From contig NZ_CP029011.1 of assembly GCF_003214255.1 (NCBI RefSeq), positions 150,001 to 182,000 of the forward strand: a stretch of 32,000 nucleotides of DNA. The letters are read 5' to 3'. This document shows, in pieces, positions 1 to 10,220 of the stretch. Position 1 is the first letter of the stretch, and each line of letters starts with the position of its first letter. Both the position numbers and the translations under genes were made by a program. This DNA comes from Candidatus Karelsulcia muelleri (GTDB lineage: Bacteria > Bacteroidota > Bacteroidia > Flavobacteriales > Blattabacteriaceae). The notes beneath the pieces are model-generated. The model worked only from the letters and a program-made list of their open reading frames with translations. It was not told where the DNA came from and made no database searches.

Positions 1-2
1 TT

Positions 3-323
3 TTAATAAAAATTAAAGATTTAGATCAATTTTCATTACCATTTATGATAACTATTCCGGAATTTGTTAGACGAATGAAAGAAATTAGTCTTACAGGAAA
101 TCCTATGTTTAATTTAAAAAATTTTAATGATAAATATAATATTATTGTAAATAAAAATCATAAACTTATAAAAAAAATATTAAATGAAAAAAATTTAAAA
201 AAAAAACAAAATCTTATTAAAGAATCCTTAAATTTAGTGATGTTATCACATAATCTTTTAAAAGGAAAAAAATTAACATATTTTATATCTAAAAGTTATG
301 AAAATCTTTTAAAAAAAGATTAA
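3..323 (+). CDS. htpG: Molecular chaperone HtpG (Hsp90), C-terminal fragment; the 5' end lies outside the window
   Basis: The frame is open from the window edge (LIKIKDLDQFSLPF precedes the listed Met at 45). The tail ...PEFVRRMKE...NIIVNKNHKLIKKIL...LNLVMLSHNLLKGKKLTYFISKSYENLL resembles the conserved HtpG C-terminal dimerisation region. The stop codon at 321..323 shares a TTAA with the convergent gene. Confidence 0.8.
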   Translation, partial: LIKIKDLDQFSLPFMITIPEFVRRMKEISLTGNPMFNLKNFNDKYNIIVNKNHKLIKKILNEKNLKKKQNLIKESLNLVMLSHNLLKGKKLTYFISKSYENLLKKD

Positions 324-1630
324 TGACAAATCATATTTCCCAAATAATCTATATTTAGTAATGTTACCTTTTTTATTTGATTTATTAAAAAGGATTTCCA
401 TGTTGTTTTAGTTCTAATAAAATTATCTGTATATCCATATATATATCCGGATTTATTTTTTTTTTCAAATAAAACTTTTTTTTTTTTATTTATATTTTTA
501 TAATAAAAATTATATTTTTTTCTTTTTGAAAGAATTCTAAGAATTTTACTTCGTTTATAACGAATTTTTTGTGGTATTGAATTTTTCATAGAAATTGCTT
601 CTGTATTTATTCTTTCAGAATAAGAAAATACATGGAAATATGAAATATCTAATTTCGATAAAAATAAATAAGTTTCTATAAAATTTTTTTCTTGTTCTCC
701 TGGAAATCCTACTATTACATCTGAACCAATACACGCATTGGGCATAAGATTTTTAATTTTAATTATTTTTTTTTCAAAAAAATTGGAAGAATACCTTCTT
801 TTCATTTTCTTTAAAATTTCATCACTTCCAGATTGGAACGGAATATGAAAATGATGAACAAAAATTTTACTTTTAAGAATAAAATTAATTATATCATCAT
901 TTAATAAATTAGGTTCAATTGATGAAATTCTAATTCTAATTATTTTTTTTTCATATAAAAAACTATCCATTGCTTTCATTAATTCTAAAAAATTAGATTT
1001 TGGTTTAAGATTTTTTCCAAAATCTCCTATATTAACACCAGTTAATACTATTTCTTTTATTCCTTTTTTTATAACATTTTTTGCATATTTTATAATATTT
1101 GTAATCTCATCAGATTTTGAGGTGCCTCTAGCTTTGGGAATAGTACAATAACTACATTTATAGTCACATCCATCTTGGATTTTTAAAAAAGATCGTGTCC
1201 GATTTAATTTTGAATATGAAGGAAAATATAAATCTGATTTTTTTAGATCAGAATAATATATTTTTGCAGTTTTTTTCTTATAAAGATTTATATTCTCTAA
1301 ATAATTAATTATCTTAAATTTTTTTTTTGCTCCAATGATTAAATCTATCCCATTTATTAATGATATTTTTTTTGGATTGACTTGTGAATAACAGCCTATA
1401 GCTACAATAAATGCATTTACATTATTTTTTAAAGCAATTTTTACAAGTTTTTTTAGTTTTTTTTCTGCATTGTTTGTAACTGAACATGTATTAATGATGT
1501 AAATATCAGCAAAAGATATATATTTTACATATTCATATCCTTTCATTAAAAATTTATTGATGATTGTATCGGTTTCTGTAAAATTAAGTTTACATCCTAA
1601 TGTAGAAAAAGCGACTTTTTTTTTTTTCAT
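320..1630 (-). CDS. mtaB: Radical-SAM tRNA methylthiotransferase, MtaB/MiaB family (MtaB-like)
   Basis: 436 aa. The N-terminal UPF0004-type start is VAFSTLGCKLNFTETD. The radical SAM motif is GCDYKCSYCTIPKARG. Length and N-terminus resemble MtaB more than MiaB. Confidence 0.8.
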   Translation of the reverse strand: MKKKKVAFSTLGCKLNFTETDTIINKFLMKGYEYVKYISFADIYIINTCSVTNNAEKKLKKLVKIALKNNVNAFIVAIGCYSQVNPKKISLINGIDLIIGAKKKFKIINYLENINLYKKKTAKIYYSDLKKSDLYFPSYSKLNRTRSFLKIQDGCDYKCSYCTIPKARGTSKSDEITNIIKYAKNVIKKGIKEIVLTGVNIGDFGKNLKPKSNFLELMKAMDSFLYEKKIIRIRISSIEPNLLNDDIINFILKSKIFVHHFHIPFQSGSDEILKKMKRRYSSNFFEKKIIKIKNLMPNACIGSDVIVGFPGEQEKNFIETYLFLSKLDISYFHVFSYSERINTEAISMKNSIPQKIRYKRSKILRILSKRKKYNFYYKNINKKKKVLFEKKNKSGYIYGYTDNFIRTKTTWKSFLINQIKKVTLLNIDYLGNMICH

Positions 1631-1633
1631 TTA

Positions 1634-4600
1634 TTAATTTTTTTCATTTAAAATCTTCCTTATTTCCTGTTTTTCCTGTTTTTTTCTCTTTGCAAGGGTT
1701 TTCAACACGAATGAATCATTCATTTTACAATGAAATAAATATTTTATAGTAGATTTCTTAATTTTAAATAAAAATTTTTTAAAAAGCTCATAAGCTTTTT
1801 TTTTATAAAATATAATTGGATCTTTTTGATCATAAACTGAATTTTGGGAATATAGGATTAAATCATCCATATCTTTAATATGGTTTTTCCATATTTCATC
1901 TATATAATAGATAATTATTTTATTTTCAAGTTTATTGATTACTTTATCAAAGTTTTTTGCATTATTTTTGTTTAAATCATGTTTAATGATTATTTTTTTT
2001 TTATATTTAGAATTTGAAAAGTGAAATTTTAAATTCAAAAAATTTTTTTTTCCAGAAAAAATAAAATATGAAATTATATATTCAATTTTTGAAAAAAAAT
2101 TAATCTTTATAAGATTGTAATTTTTTCTTATTAAAGAATATATTTTTTCTAAAAGAATTTCTTTTTTAAGAGAAAAAAATGATTTTTCATTAATAATATT
2201 TTTTAAATTAAAAATTTTGAATATTTCATCTTCAAATTCTTTATAAGAAGAATTTACTGATAGTAAATGATCTATTATTTGAAAAATCATCTGTGATATT
2301 AGAACATTTGATAAAGTTAAATTTAATGAATTTTTTCTAATTGAATAAATATATTTTCTTTGTTCATTGATTATAGAATCATATTCTACCAAACGTTTTC
2401 TAATATTAAAGTTAGTTTGTTCTACTTGTTTTTGATAAAGTTTTATAGAATTACTAATTAATTTTCCAGTTAAATATTCTTTTTTGCCAAATTTTTCAAG
2501 TATTGATGCAAAACCAAAAATTCGCATTAAATCATCTTCTAATGATAAAAAAAATTGAGCACTTCCAGGATCCCCTTGCCGACCAGAACGTCCTATTAAT
2601 TGTCTATCAATACGTCTTGAATAATGTCTTTCAGTTCCTATGATAGCTAATCCACCTGCTTTTTTTACTTGTTCAGAAATTTTTATATCGGTTCCTCTAC
2701 CAGCCATATGAGTTGCAATTGTTACTCTCCCAGAGAGTCCCGCTTTTTCTATTATATTGGTTTCTTTTTTAGAATATTTTGCATTTAAAACCTTATTTGG
2801 AATATTTCTACTGTTTAATAATTTACTGATGAATTCAGATTCTTCTACAGAAGAAGTTCCAACTAAAACAGATCTTTTTTCAATTTTTGAGAAAAAAATT
2901 ACTTTTTTTATAATTGCATTATATTTTTCTTGTTTAGTTTTAAAAAAAATATCTTCATAATTTTTTCTAATAATTGGTTTATTAGTCGGTATAATAATTA
3001 CGTCAAGATTATAAATTTTCATAAATTCTTCATATTCTGTTTCAGCAGTTCCTGTCATTCCTGATATTTTATTATACATTTTAAAAAAATTTTGTAATGT
3101 AATATTAGCTAATGAATGGTTAGAATTTTCTATATTTACATTTTCTTTAGCCTCCAATGCTTGATGTAAGCCATCTGAATAACGTCTTCCCTCCAAAATT
3201 CTTCCAGTTTGTTCATCTACTATTTTTACTTTATTCTTTCTTAGAATATAATGTCTATTTTTTTCAAATAATGTGTATGCTTTAATTAACTGATTAATAG
3301 TATGGATTTTATTTGTTTTTTTATAAAAATTATTTATTATTTGATTTTTTATTTTTTTTTCATTAGAAATTTTTTTTAAATTATTTATTTGATTATAAAT
3401 ATTAGGAATTCTAAAAAAATTAGGATCCTTCATTTCATGAGAAACAAATTTCATTCCTTTTTCTGAAAACTCTATAGTTTGATTTTTTTCATTTATTATA
3501 AAATATAAATCTGAATCAATATTCTCTTGCATAGAAAAAGATTCAGTTTCTTCTAAAAGATTACGTATTTTTTTATTTCCTAAAAACTTAATCAGAGGTT
3601 TATAGGTTGGCAACCCTCTATAAACTTTAAAAAGATTTCCCCCACCTTCTTCTTTATTTCCAAATAAAATTTTTTTACGGGCCAAATTTAAAAACTTATT
3701 TAAAGCATAAAGTTGTTTATTAATAATTTTTTTTATTGTTGTTTTAAACAACGAAAAAGAATAATTAATTTTGGTAGATGAAGATTCAGATGAAGATATT
3801 ATTAATGGAGTACGGGCTTCATCTATTAAAACAGAATCTACTTCATCTATGATGGCATAATTTAATTCTTTTTGTATTAATTGTTTATATGAAACAACCA
3901 TATTATCACGTAAATAATCAAATCCAAATTCATTATTTGTCCCATATGTAACATCTGCTTCATAGGCTTTTCGACGGAAATATGAATTGGCTGAATATAG
4001 ATCAATACAATCGACAGTTATACCATGAAATTCTAGAATAGGTGCCATCCATTCACTATCACGTTTAGCTAAATATTCATTTACAGTTACTACATGAACT
4101 CCTCTTCCAGAAAGAGCATTTAAATAAATAGGTAAAGTAGCCACTAAAGTTTTTCCTTCCCCTGTATACATTTCTGCTATTTTTCCTTGATGTAATACAA
4201 TTCCTCCAATTAATTGAACATCATAATGGATCATATCCCATCTACACTTTTTTCCACTATAACTCCATTTAGTTTTCCAAATAGTTTTTCCTTTTTTTAA
4301 TTTTAAATAAGATCTACTTTTAGAAAGTAGATAATCTAATTTATTAGAATTAACTATTATTTTTTTATTTTCTTTAAATCTTTTAGCGGTTTCTTTTACT
4401 ACTGCAAATGCTTCTGGAAGTAATTCTAATAATATTTTTTCTTCTTCTTTAGAAAGATTAGAATTAAGAATTTTTAATTCTTTCAATATTGATTTTTCTT
4501 TTTTAATTTCTTCAATAGAAAAAACTTTATAATTTTTATTCTTTTTATAAATAGAAATTAACTTCTTTTGTAAGAGAGATATTTTATCCGAAATAAATTT

Positions 4601-4780
4601 TGTTTTTTCTTTTATATATTTTTTGAAATAAAAAGTTTTTTCTCTTAATTCCTCATTAGAAATGGAATTAATTTTTTTTTCAAAAACACGAATTTTATTG
4701 AATTCTTCTTTAAGATTTTTTAAATCTCTCTCTTTTTTTTTACCCCAAAAAAAATTTAATATTTTCGAAAAAAAATTCAT
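1634..4780 (-). CDS. secA: Preprotein translocase ATPase SecA
   Basis: 1048 aa. The Walker A region is [20 protein letters not shown]. The DEAD-like motif is [20 protein letters not shown]. Also present are [10 protein letters not shown] and [12 protein letters not shown]. The C-terminus (…[18 protein letters not shown]) has no Cys-rich zinc-finger tail. Confidence 0.97.
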   Translation of the reverse strand: MNFFSKILNFFWGKKKERDLKNLKEEFNKIRVFEKKINSISNEELREKTFYFKKYIKEKTKFISDKISLLQKKLISIYKKNKNYKVFSIEEIKKEKSILKELKILNSNLSKEEEKILLELLPEAFAVVKETAKRFKENKKIIVNSNKLDYLLSKSRSYLKLKKGKTIWKTKWSYSGKKCRWDMIHYDVQLIGGIVLHQGKIAEMYTGEGKTLVATLPIYLNALSGRGVHVVTVNEYLAKRDSEWMAPILEFHGITVDCIDLYSANSYFRRKAYEADVTYGTNNEFGFDYLRDNMVVSYKQLIQKELNYAIIDEVDSVLIDEARTPLIISSSESSSTKINYSFSLFKTTIKKIINKQLYALNKFLNLARKKILFGNKEEGGGNLFKVYRGLPTYKPLIKFLGNKKIRNLLEETESFSMQENIDSDLYFIINEKNQTIEFSEKGMKFVSHEMKDPNFFRIPNIYNQINNLKKISNEKKIKNQIINNFYKKTNKIHTINQLIKAYTLFEKNRHYILRKNKVKIVDEQTGRILEGRRYSDGLHQALEAKENVNIENSNHSLANITLQNFFKMYNKISGMTGTAETEYEEFMKIYNLDVIIIPTNKPIIRKNYEDIFFKTKQEKYNAIIKKVIFFSKIEKRSVLVGTSSVEESEFISKLLNSRNIPNKVLNAKYSKKETNIIEKAGLSGRVTIATHMAGRGTDIKISEQVKKAGGLAIIGTERHYSRRIDRQLIGRSGRQGDPGSAQFFLSLEDDLMRIFGFASILEKFGKKEYLTGKLISNSIKLYQKQVEQTNFNIRKRLVEYDSIINEQRKYIYSIRKNSLNLTLSNVLISQMIFQIIDHLLSVNSSYKEFEDEIFKIFNLKNIINEKSFFSLKKEILLEKIYSLIRKNYNLIKINFFSKIEYIISYFIFSGKKNFLNLKFHFSNSKYKKKIIIKHDLNKNNAKNFDKVINKLENKIIIYYIDEIWKNHIKDMDDLILYSQNSVYDQKDPIIFYKKKAYELFKKFLFKIKKSTIKYLFHCKMNDSFVLKTLAKRKKQEKQEIRKILNEKN

Positions 4781-4836
4781 TTTTTATTTTATTTTATTTG
4801 ATTTAATTATATTTCTAATATAACAAAATTTTTATT

Positions 4837-5205
4837 ATGAATAATCTAAAAAATTATGTAGATAATAAATATAACCCAAATAAATTTTATCTATTAAAAT
4901 TAAATTCTGGAGATCAAATAACGGTTCATTATGAAATAATGGAAGGAGAAAAAAAAAGATTACAATCCTTTAAAGGAGTAATAATTAAAATTCAAGGCAA
5001 TTTTCTTAATTATACTTTTACTGTACGTAAAATTAGTGGAGAAATAGGTGTAGAAAAAATATTTAGTATTAATCAACCTTCAATAAAAAAAATAGATATA
5101 AATAAAAAAGGGAAAGTCCGAAAATCTAAAATTTATTACTTTAGAAAGTTAAAAGGAAAAAAAGCTAAAATAAATGTCATTAAAAATAACAGAAAAATGT
5201 ATTAA
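4837..5205 (+). CDS. rplS: 50S ribosomal protein L19 (bL19)
   Basis: 122 aa. The core GDQITVHYEIMEGEKKRLQSFKGVIIKIQG…FTVRKISGEIGVEKIF is typical of bL19. Confidence 0.95.
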   Translation: MNNLKNYVDNKYNPNKFYLLKLNSGDQITVHYEIMEGEKKRLQSFKGVIIKIQGNFLNYTFTVRKISGEIGVEKIFSINQPSIKKIDINKKGKVRKSKIYYFRKLKGKKAKINVIKNNRKMY

Positions 5206-5530
5206 TTGTGGTGCTTGTGAAGCCGAATGTCCTAATAAGGCTATTTATGAAGGATCTAAAAAATGGTCTTTTTCAGAAGGCACCAACCTAAAAGGAAAAT
5301 TTATTAATAAATTAGGAATAAAAATGGATGTTAATTGTTTACAAGAACCTATAAAATATGATTACTATTTTATAGTTACAGAAAAATGTACAGAATGTTT
5401 AGGATTTTTTGATGAACCTCAATGTGCCTCGGTTTGTCCAGTAAATTGTTGTATTTTAGATGAAAAAAATTTAGAATCTAAAGAGGATCTTTTGAAGAAA
5501 AAAAACTTTATACACTGTAAAAAAGAATGA
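5174..5530 (+). CDS. 4Fe-4S dicluster ferredoxin
   Basis: 118 aa. The first cluster motif is CINCGACEAECP and the second is CTECLGFFDEPQCASVCP. The gene overlaps the rplS 3' end by 32 nt. Confidence 0.85.
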   Translation: MSLKITEKCINCGACEAECPNKAIYEGSKKWSFSEGTNLKGKFINKLGIKMDVNCLQEPIKYDYYFIVTEKCTECLGFFDEPQCASVCPVNCCILDEKNLESKEDLLKKKNFIHCKKE

Positions 5531-5551
5531 AAGCAAAATATAATAAGAGAA

Positions 5552-7057
5552 ATGGAAAAAGATGATAAAAAATTAAAATTTATTATTTCACATGCAAAAT
5601 CTTACGGCTTTATCTTTCCGTCTAGTGAAATATATGATGGATTAAAAGCTGTTTATGATTATGGTCAATATGGAATATCTTTAAAAAATAATATTAAAGA
5701 ATATTGGTGGAAATCAATGACCCAATTCCATGAAAATATAGTTGGAATAGAATCTAGTATTTTTATGCATAATAAAGTTTGGAAAGCTTCTGGACATATA
5801 GATGAATTTAATGATATAATATTATATAATGAAAAAACAAAAAAAAGTTATCGTCTTGATCTTTTAATAGAAGAGTTTTTAGAAAAAATTAATGATTATA
5901 ATTGGTTTTTAAAAAACAATTCGGGAATGACAATTAAATTTCCCAACCAATTAAATCTTTTTAAAAAAGAATTTAAAAAAAATATATTTTCATATATAGA
6001 AAATTGTTTAAATTCAAATAAAATTTTAGAAATAAAAAATTTTTTAAAAAAAATAAATTTTTTTTCAAAAAAATATAAAAATTGTTTTAATTTTTATAAA
6101 TTAAATTTAATGTTTATTGTATATATAAAAAATATATATAATGAAAAAAAAATTTATCTAAGACCTGAAACTGCTCAAGGTAGCATTATAAATTTTTTAA
6201 ATGTAAAAAAAACAAGTAAAATTAAAATTCCTTTTGGAATTGCCCAAATAGGAAAAGTATTTAGAAATGAAATAACAGCTAGACAGTTTTTGTTTAGATT
6301 GAGAGAATTTGAACAAATGGAAATGCAATTTTTTCTTTCTCCTGGAGAAGAAGGAAAATGGTATGATTACTGGAAAGAATATAGGTTAAAATGGCATTTA
6401 TCTTTAGGATTTAAAAAAAAAAACTATAGATTTTATAATCATGATAAACTTGCACATTATTCTCAATATGCTTGTGATATTCAATTTAAATTTCCTTTTG
6501 GATTTAAAGAATTAGAAGGAATTCATTCCCGTACAGATTTTGATATTAAAAATCATGAAATTTTTTCTAAAAAAAAAATAAGATATTTTGATATTAAAAA
6601 AAATATAAGTTATAGACCTTATATTATAGAAACTTCTTTGGGTTTAGATAGGATGTTTTTAGCTATATTTTCTTCTTCTTTAAAAGAAGAAATATTAAAA
6701 AATAATACTAAACGAATAGTATTAAAACTCCCTTATATTCTGGCTCCAATAAAAGCAGCTATTTTACCTTTAGTAAAAGATAAACAATTGATTGTGATAG
6801 GGAAAAAAATCTTTAAAAGATTAAAATTAGATTATTCATTAATTTATGATGAAAAAGATTCAATTGGAAAAAGATATAGAAGACAAGATGCAATAGGAAC
6901 TCCTCTTTGTATAACAATAGATTATGATAGTATCAAAGATAATTGTGTAACAATTAGATTTAGAGATAGTATGATTCAAAAAAGAATTCTAATATTAGAA
7001 ATAAAAAAAAATATTGAAAAATTAATTGATTTAAAAAAATTTTTAAATTTTATTTAA
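5552..7057 (+). CDS. glyQS: Glycine--tRNA ligase (class II, homodimeric GlyQS type)
   Basis: 501 aa. Conserved stretches are GFIFPSSEIYDGLKAVYDYGQYG, LRPETAQG, FRNEITARQFLFRLREFEQMEMQFF, SLGLDRMFLAI and an anticodon-binding C-terminal domain. The stop codon overlaps the menA ATG (TAATG). Confidence 0.95.
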   Translation: MEKDDKKLKFIISHAKSYGFIFPSSEIYDGLKAVYDYGQYGISLKNNIKEYWWKSMTQFHENIVGIESSIFMHNKVWKASGHIDEFNDIILYNEKTKKSYRLDLLIEEFLEKINDYNWFLKNNSGMTIKFPNQLNLFKKEFKKNIFSYIENCLNSNKILEIKNFLKKINFFSKKYKNCFNFYKLNLMFIVYIKNIYNEKKIYLRPETAQGSIINFLNVKKTSKIKIPFGIAQIGKVFRNEITARQFLFRLREFEQMEMQFFLSPGEEGKWYDYWKEYRLKWHLSLGFKKKNYRFYNHDKLAHYSQYACDIQFKFPFGFKELEGIHSRTDFDIKNHEIFSKKKIRYFDIKKNISYRPYIIETSLGLDRMFLAIFSSSLKEEILKNNTKRIVLKLPYILAPIKAAILPLVKDKQLIVIGKKIFKRLKLDYSLIYDEKDSIGKRYRRQDAIGTPLCITIDYDSIKDNCVTIRFRDSMIQKRILILEIKKNIEKLIDLKKFLNFI

Positions 7058-7962
7058 TGTTAGAAATATATAATTGGATATATGCTTTTAGGTTAAAAAC
7101 ATTACCTTTGTCTTTATCTGGTTTAATTTTAAGTACTTTTATTTTTTTTTCAAAAAAAAATCTATTTAATAGAGATATTTTTATATGGTCATCATTTACT
7201 TCTATATTTCTTCAAATATTATCTAATATTGCAAATGATTATGGTGATTGCATCAAAGGCACAGATAATATAACCAGAATTGGTCCTAAAAGAACAATAC
7301 AATCAGGAATTCTTTCTAAAAAGAAAATTAAATTAGCATTAATAATAATTAGTTGTTTATCATTTTTTTCAAATATAATTTTATTGTTTTTTTCTTTTAA
7401 TGAAAAGTTTTCATATAGAATTTTATTATTTTTAATTGGAATTATTCTATGTATCTATTCTGCTATTACCTATACTATAGGAAAAAATCCATATGGATAT
7501 AAAGGTTTAGGAGATTTATCTGTATTTCTTTTTTTTGGTCTAATTTCTTTAGAAGGAAATTATTATTTATATAATCATTTTTTAAATAAAGAAATTCTGT
7601 TATTAGGTATTTCTTTAGGCTTTTTAACTGTCTCAGTTCTTAATATTAATAATATGAGAGATATTGATAATGATAATAAAAATGGGAAATATACACTTCC
7701 TGTGAGGATAGGACTAAAAAAAGCTAAAATATATCATATATTTTTAATGATAGTCCCTTTTCTTTTAAGTATATTATATGTTTTTTTAACTTATAAAAGT
7801 ATATCCCAATATCTTTTTATTATATTAATAATACCTACAATTAGGCATTTAAGAATAATTCTTAAGATTAAGAATCATAAAGAGTTTAATTATGAGTTTA
7901 ATATAAATATCTATATAAATATATTATATACATTTTTAATGGGGGTTGGTCATCTTTTATAA
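7057..7962 (+). CDS. menA: 1,4-dihydroxy-2-naphthoate polyprenyltransferase (UbiA family, MenA)
   Basis: 301 aa polytopic membrane protein. UbiA-type Asp-rich motifs are NDYGDCIKG and NNMRDIDNDNKNGKYTLP. The N-terminus FRLKTLPLSLSG is typical of MenA. Confidence 0.85.
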   Translation: MLEIYNWIYAFRLKTLPLSLSGLILSTFIFFSKKNLFNRDIFIWSSFTSIFLQILSNIANDYGDCIKGTDNITRIGPKRTIQSGILSKKKIKLALIIISCLSFFSNIILLFFSFNEKFSYRILLFLIGIILCIYSAITYTIGKNPYGYKGLGDLSVFLFFGLISLEGNYYLYNHFLNKEILLLGISLGFLTVSVLNINNMRDIDNDNKNGKYTLPVRIGLKKAKIYHIFLMIVPFLLSILYVFLTYKSISQYLFIILIIPTIRHLRIILKIKNHKEFNYEFNINIYINILYTFLMGVGHLL

Positions 7963-9275
7963 TCTAAATTACTAGTTAATAACCAATTTTTAAAATTTTC
8001 ATATTCATTACTCAATTTTATACTTTTTTTAGTTTTTTTTAAAAGTTTTTTCACTTTTTCATTTAATAAAATTTGATCAGATAATTTTTTATTTATTTTC
8101 TCTAAAAATTTTACTGGAGATGCTGTGGCTAAAAAAATATTTTTATAATTAAAATTTTTTTTATCAAAATAAAATTTTTTTAACCCTAAATACCCAATTG
8201 CTCCATGTGGATCCATCATATATTTATATTTCTCCCATATAAATTTAATTATATTAATTGTTTCTTGATCCGAAAAAGAATATGCAGAAAAAATTTTTTT
8301 AATATTTTTTACATGTTTAAACATATACATTATCCTACTAAAATTATTGGGATCAGCTATATCCATAGCATTAGAAATTGTTTCTTTTGTAGGATATGGG
8401 TTATAAATTTCAGATTTTAACAATCTGGGAACGGTGTCATTTATATTTGTAGCTGCAATAAAATGTTTTACTGGTAATCCCATTTTAAATGCTATTAATC
8501 CTGCACATATATTTCCAAAATTTCCACTAGGAATAGAAAAAATTATTTTTTCATTGTTTTTTTTTTTAAATAAAAGTTTATAACACAAAAAATAATAAAA
8601 TATTTGAGATAGTAAACGTGCAATATTAATAGAATTGGCTGAGGTTAAAAATAATTTTTTACGTATTTTTTCGTCATAAAAAGCTTTTTTTGCTAACAAT
8701 TGACAATCATCAAAATTTCCTTTTATTTCTAAAGCTAAGATATTATCCCCTAATGTTGTTATCTGTTTTTCTTGTAAAAAACTTATTTTTGAAGAAGGAT
8801 ATAATATTACTACTTTTACACCATCAATTTTATTAAAAGCATTGGCTACCGCAGCTCCTGTATCTCCAGAAGTAGCAGTAAGGATTATAATATTTTTTTT
8901 AATTTGTTTACAGAAATATTTTATACACCCTGATAAAAATTTTACTCCTATATCTTTAAAAGCCATAGTAGGTCCTAAAAATAACTCTAATGAAAAAAAA
9001 TTTTCATAAATTTTTTTAAGATTTATTTTAAAATTTACTGTATTAGAAATAATATTTAATAATTCTTTATATGGAATTTCATTTCCAATAAATGGTTTAA
9101 TTACTTCCATCATTAAATCATTTACCTCAAAATTTGAAATATTTTTAAAAAATTTCTTTTCTAATAAAGGGATTTTTTCAGGAAAATACAACCCTTTATC
9201 TGGACTTTGTCCAAATAAAACAGCTTCTTTAAAAGAAGCTATATATTTATTATTTTTTAAACTTTTATACAGCAT
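7950..9275 (-). CDS. thrC: Threonine synthase
   Basis: 441 aa. The PLP-lysine region is GPTMAFKDIG, followed by TSGDTGAAVA. It is adjacent to thrB and thrA. Confidence 0.93.
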   Translation of the reverse strand: MLYKSLKNNKYIASFKEAVLFGQSPDKGLYFPEKIPLLEKKFFKNISNFEVNDLMMEVIKPFIGNEIPYKELLNIISNTVNFKINLKKIYENFFSLELFLGPTMAFKDIGVKFLSGCIKYFCKQIKKNIIILTATSGDTGAAVANAFNKIDGVKVVILYPSSKISFLQEKQITTLGDNILALEIKGNFDDCQLLAKKAFYDEKIRKKLFLTSANSINIARLLSQIFYYFLCYKLLFKKKNNEKIIFSIPSGNFGNICAGLIAFKMGLPVKHFIAATNINDTVPRLLKSEIYNPYPTKETISNAMDIADPNNFSRIMYMFKHVKNIKKIFSAYSFSDQETINIIKFIWEKYKYMMDPHGAIGYLGLKKFYFDKKNFNYKNIFLATASPVKFLEKINKKLSDQILLNEKVKKLLKKTKKSIKLSNEYENFKNWLLTSNLDYKR

Positions 9276-9286
9276 TTATTAAATTT

Positions 9287-10219
9287 TTAATTCAATTCAT
9301 AATATACAATTCCAGTTTTTTTAATAGAAGAAGTATATATTTTATATTTTAATTCTAATTTCGAATAAATATTTTCCATTACATTAGATACTAATTCTGC
9401 TTTGTTTTTTCCTTTACTTAACATAAAGACAGAAGGTCCAGAACCAGAAATTCCTCCTCCCAATGCACCTATTGATTTACATTTTATTTTTAATTCATTA
9501 AAAGCTGGTATTAATATAGCACGTATAGGTTCTACTATAACATCATTTAATGATCTACTTATCAGGTTATAATCTTTTTTATATAATCCTGCTATTAAAG
9601 CAGCTAAATTCCCCAATTGGGGAATTGCCTCAGTCATTAAAATTTGCTGTTTTAAAAGTTCTCTAGCATCAGAGGTTTTTATTTCTATTTGAGGATGTAT
9701 AATACTTACCCAAATATTCTCTGGAGAACGCAAAGAAATTATATCTAAAGGTTTATAACTTCTAATTAAGGTTATTCCTCCAAAAATAGCTGGAGCTACA
9801 TTATCTGCATGAGGAACTCCTCCAGCTAATCTTTCTCCTTCCATAGCAAATTTAATTAAATCAATTTTATTAAAAGGATTTCCTAATAAATAATTGGCTC
9901 CTACTACAATGCCTGCGGCACTAGCTGCACTAGAACCTATACCACTTCCTGGTTGGATATTTTTATAAATTTCTATCTCAAATCCTATATTTGATTTTTT
10001 ATATTTTTTTAATAATGCTTGTAATGCAAGACTAATTACATTTTTTTTTATTTTTTTAGATAATTTTGCTCCATAAATTTTATTTATTCTTATTCCAGGG
10101 GAATATGATTTTTTCATTATAATTTCATCATTAGGAATATTTACTGCTAAGCCTAACACATCAAATCCACAAACTATATTTGCTATAGTTGCTGGAGCAA
10201 TAATTTTTATTTTCTTCAT
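9287..10219 (-). CDS. thrB: Homoserine kinase
   Basis: 310 aa. The GHMP kinase motif is PGSGIGSSAASAAG, and the N-terminus APATIANIVCGFDVLG is typical of ThrB. Confidence 0.93.
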   Translation of the reverse strand: MKKIKIIAPATIANIVCGFDVLGLAVNIPNDEIIMKKSYSPGIRINKIYGAKLSKKIKKNVISLALQALLKKYKKSNIGFEIEIYKNIQPGSGIGSSAASAAGIVVGANYLLGNPFNKIDLIKFAMEGERLAGGVPHADNVAPAIFGGITLIRSYKPLDIISLRSPENIWVSIIHPQIEIKTSDARELLKQQILMTEAIPQLGNLAALIAGLYKKDYNLISRSLNDVIVEPIRAILIPAFNELKIKCKSIGALGGGISGSGPSVFMLSKGKNKAELVSNVMENIYSKLELKYKIYTSSIKKTGIVYYELN

Positions 10220-10220
10220 T

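Noticed and set aside
2757-2960. A 67-aa plus-strand ORF inside secA. The same reasoning applies to 8205..8420 (+), 12947..13135 (+), 14903..15118 (+), 21581..21772 (+) and 30870..31058 (-).
   Set aside because: All are antisense shadow ORFs nested wholly within well-supported conserved genes, with low-complexity F/L/I/K-rich products and no motifs.
4781-4836. Divergent secA/rplS spacer, and similar spacers at 22008..22070, 24911..24952 and 30495..30555, as promoters
   Set aside because: These are the only places promoters could sit. In roughly 90% AT sequence I could not identify a convincing Bacteroidota -33 TTG / -7 TAnnTTTG pair by eye, so I make no specific call.
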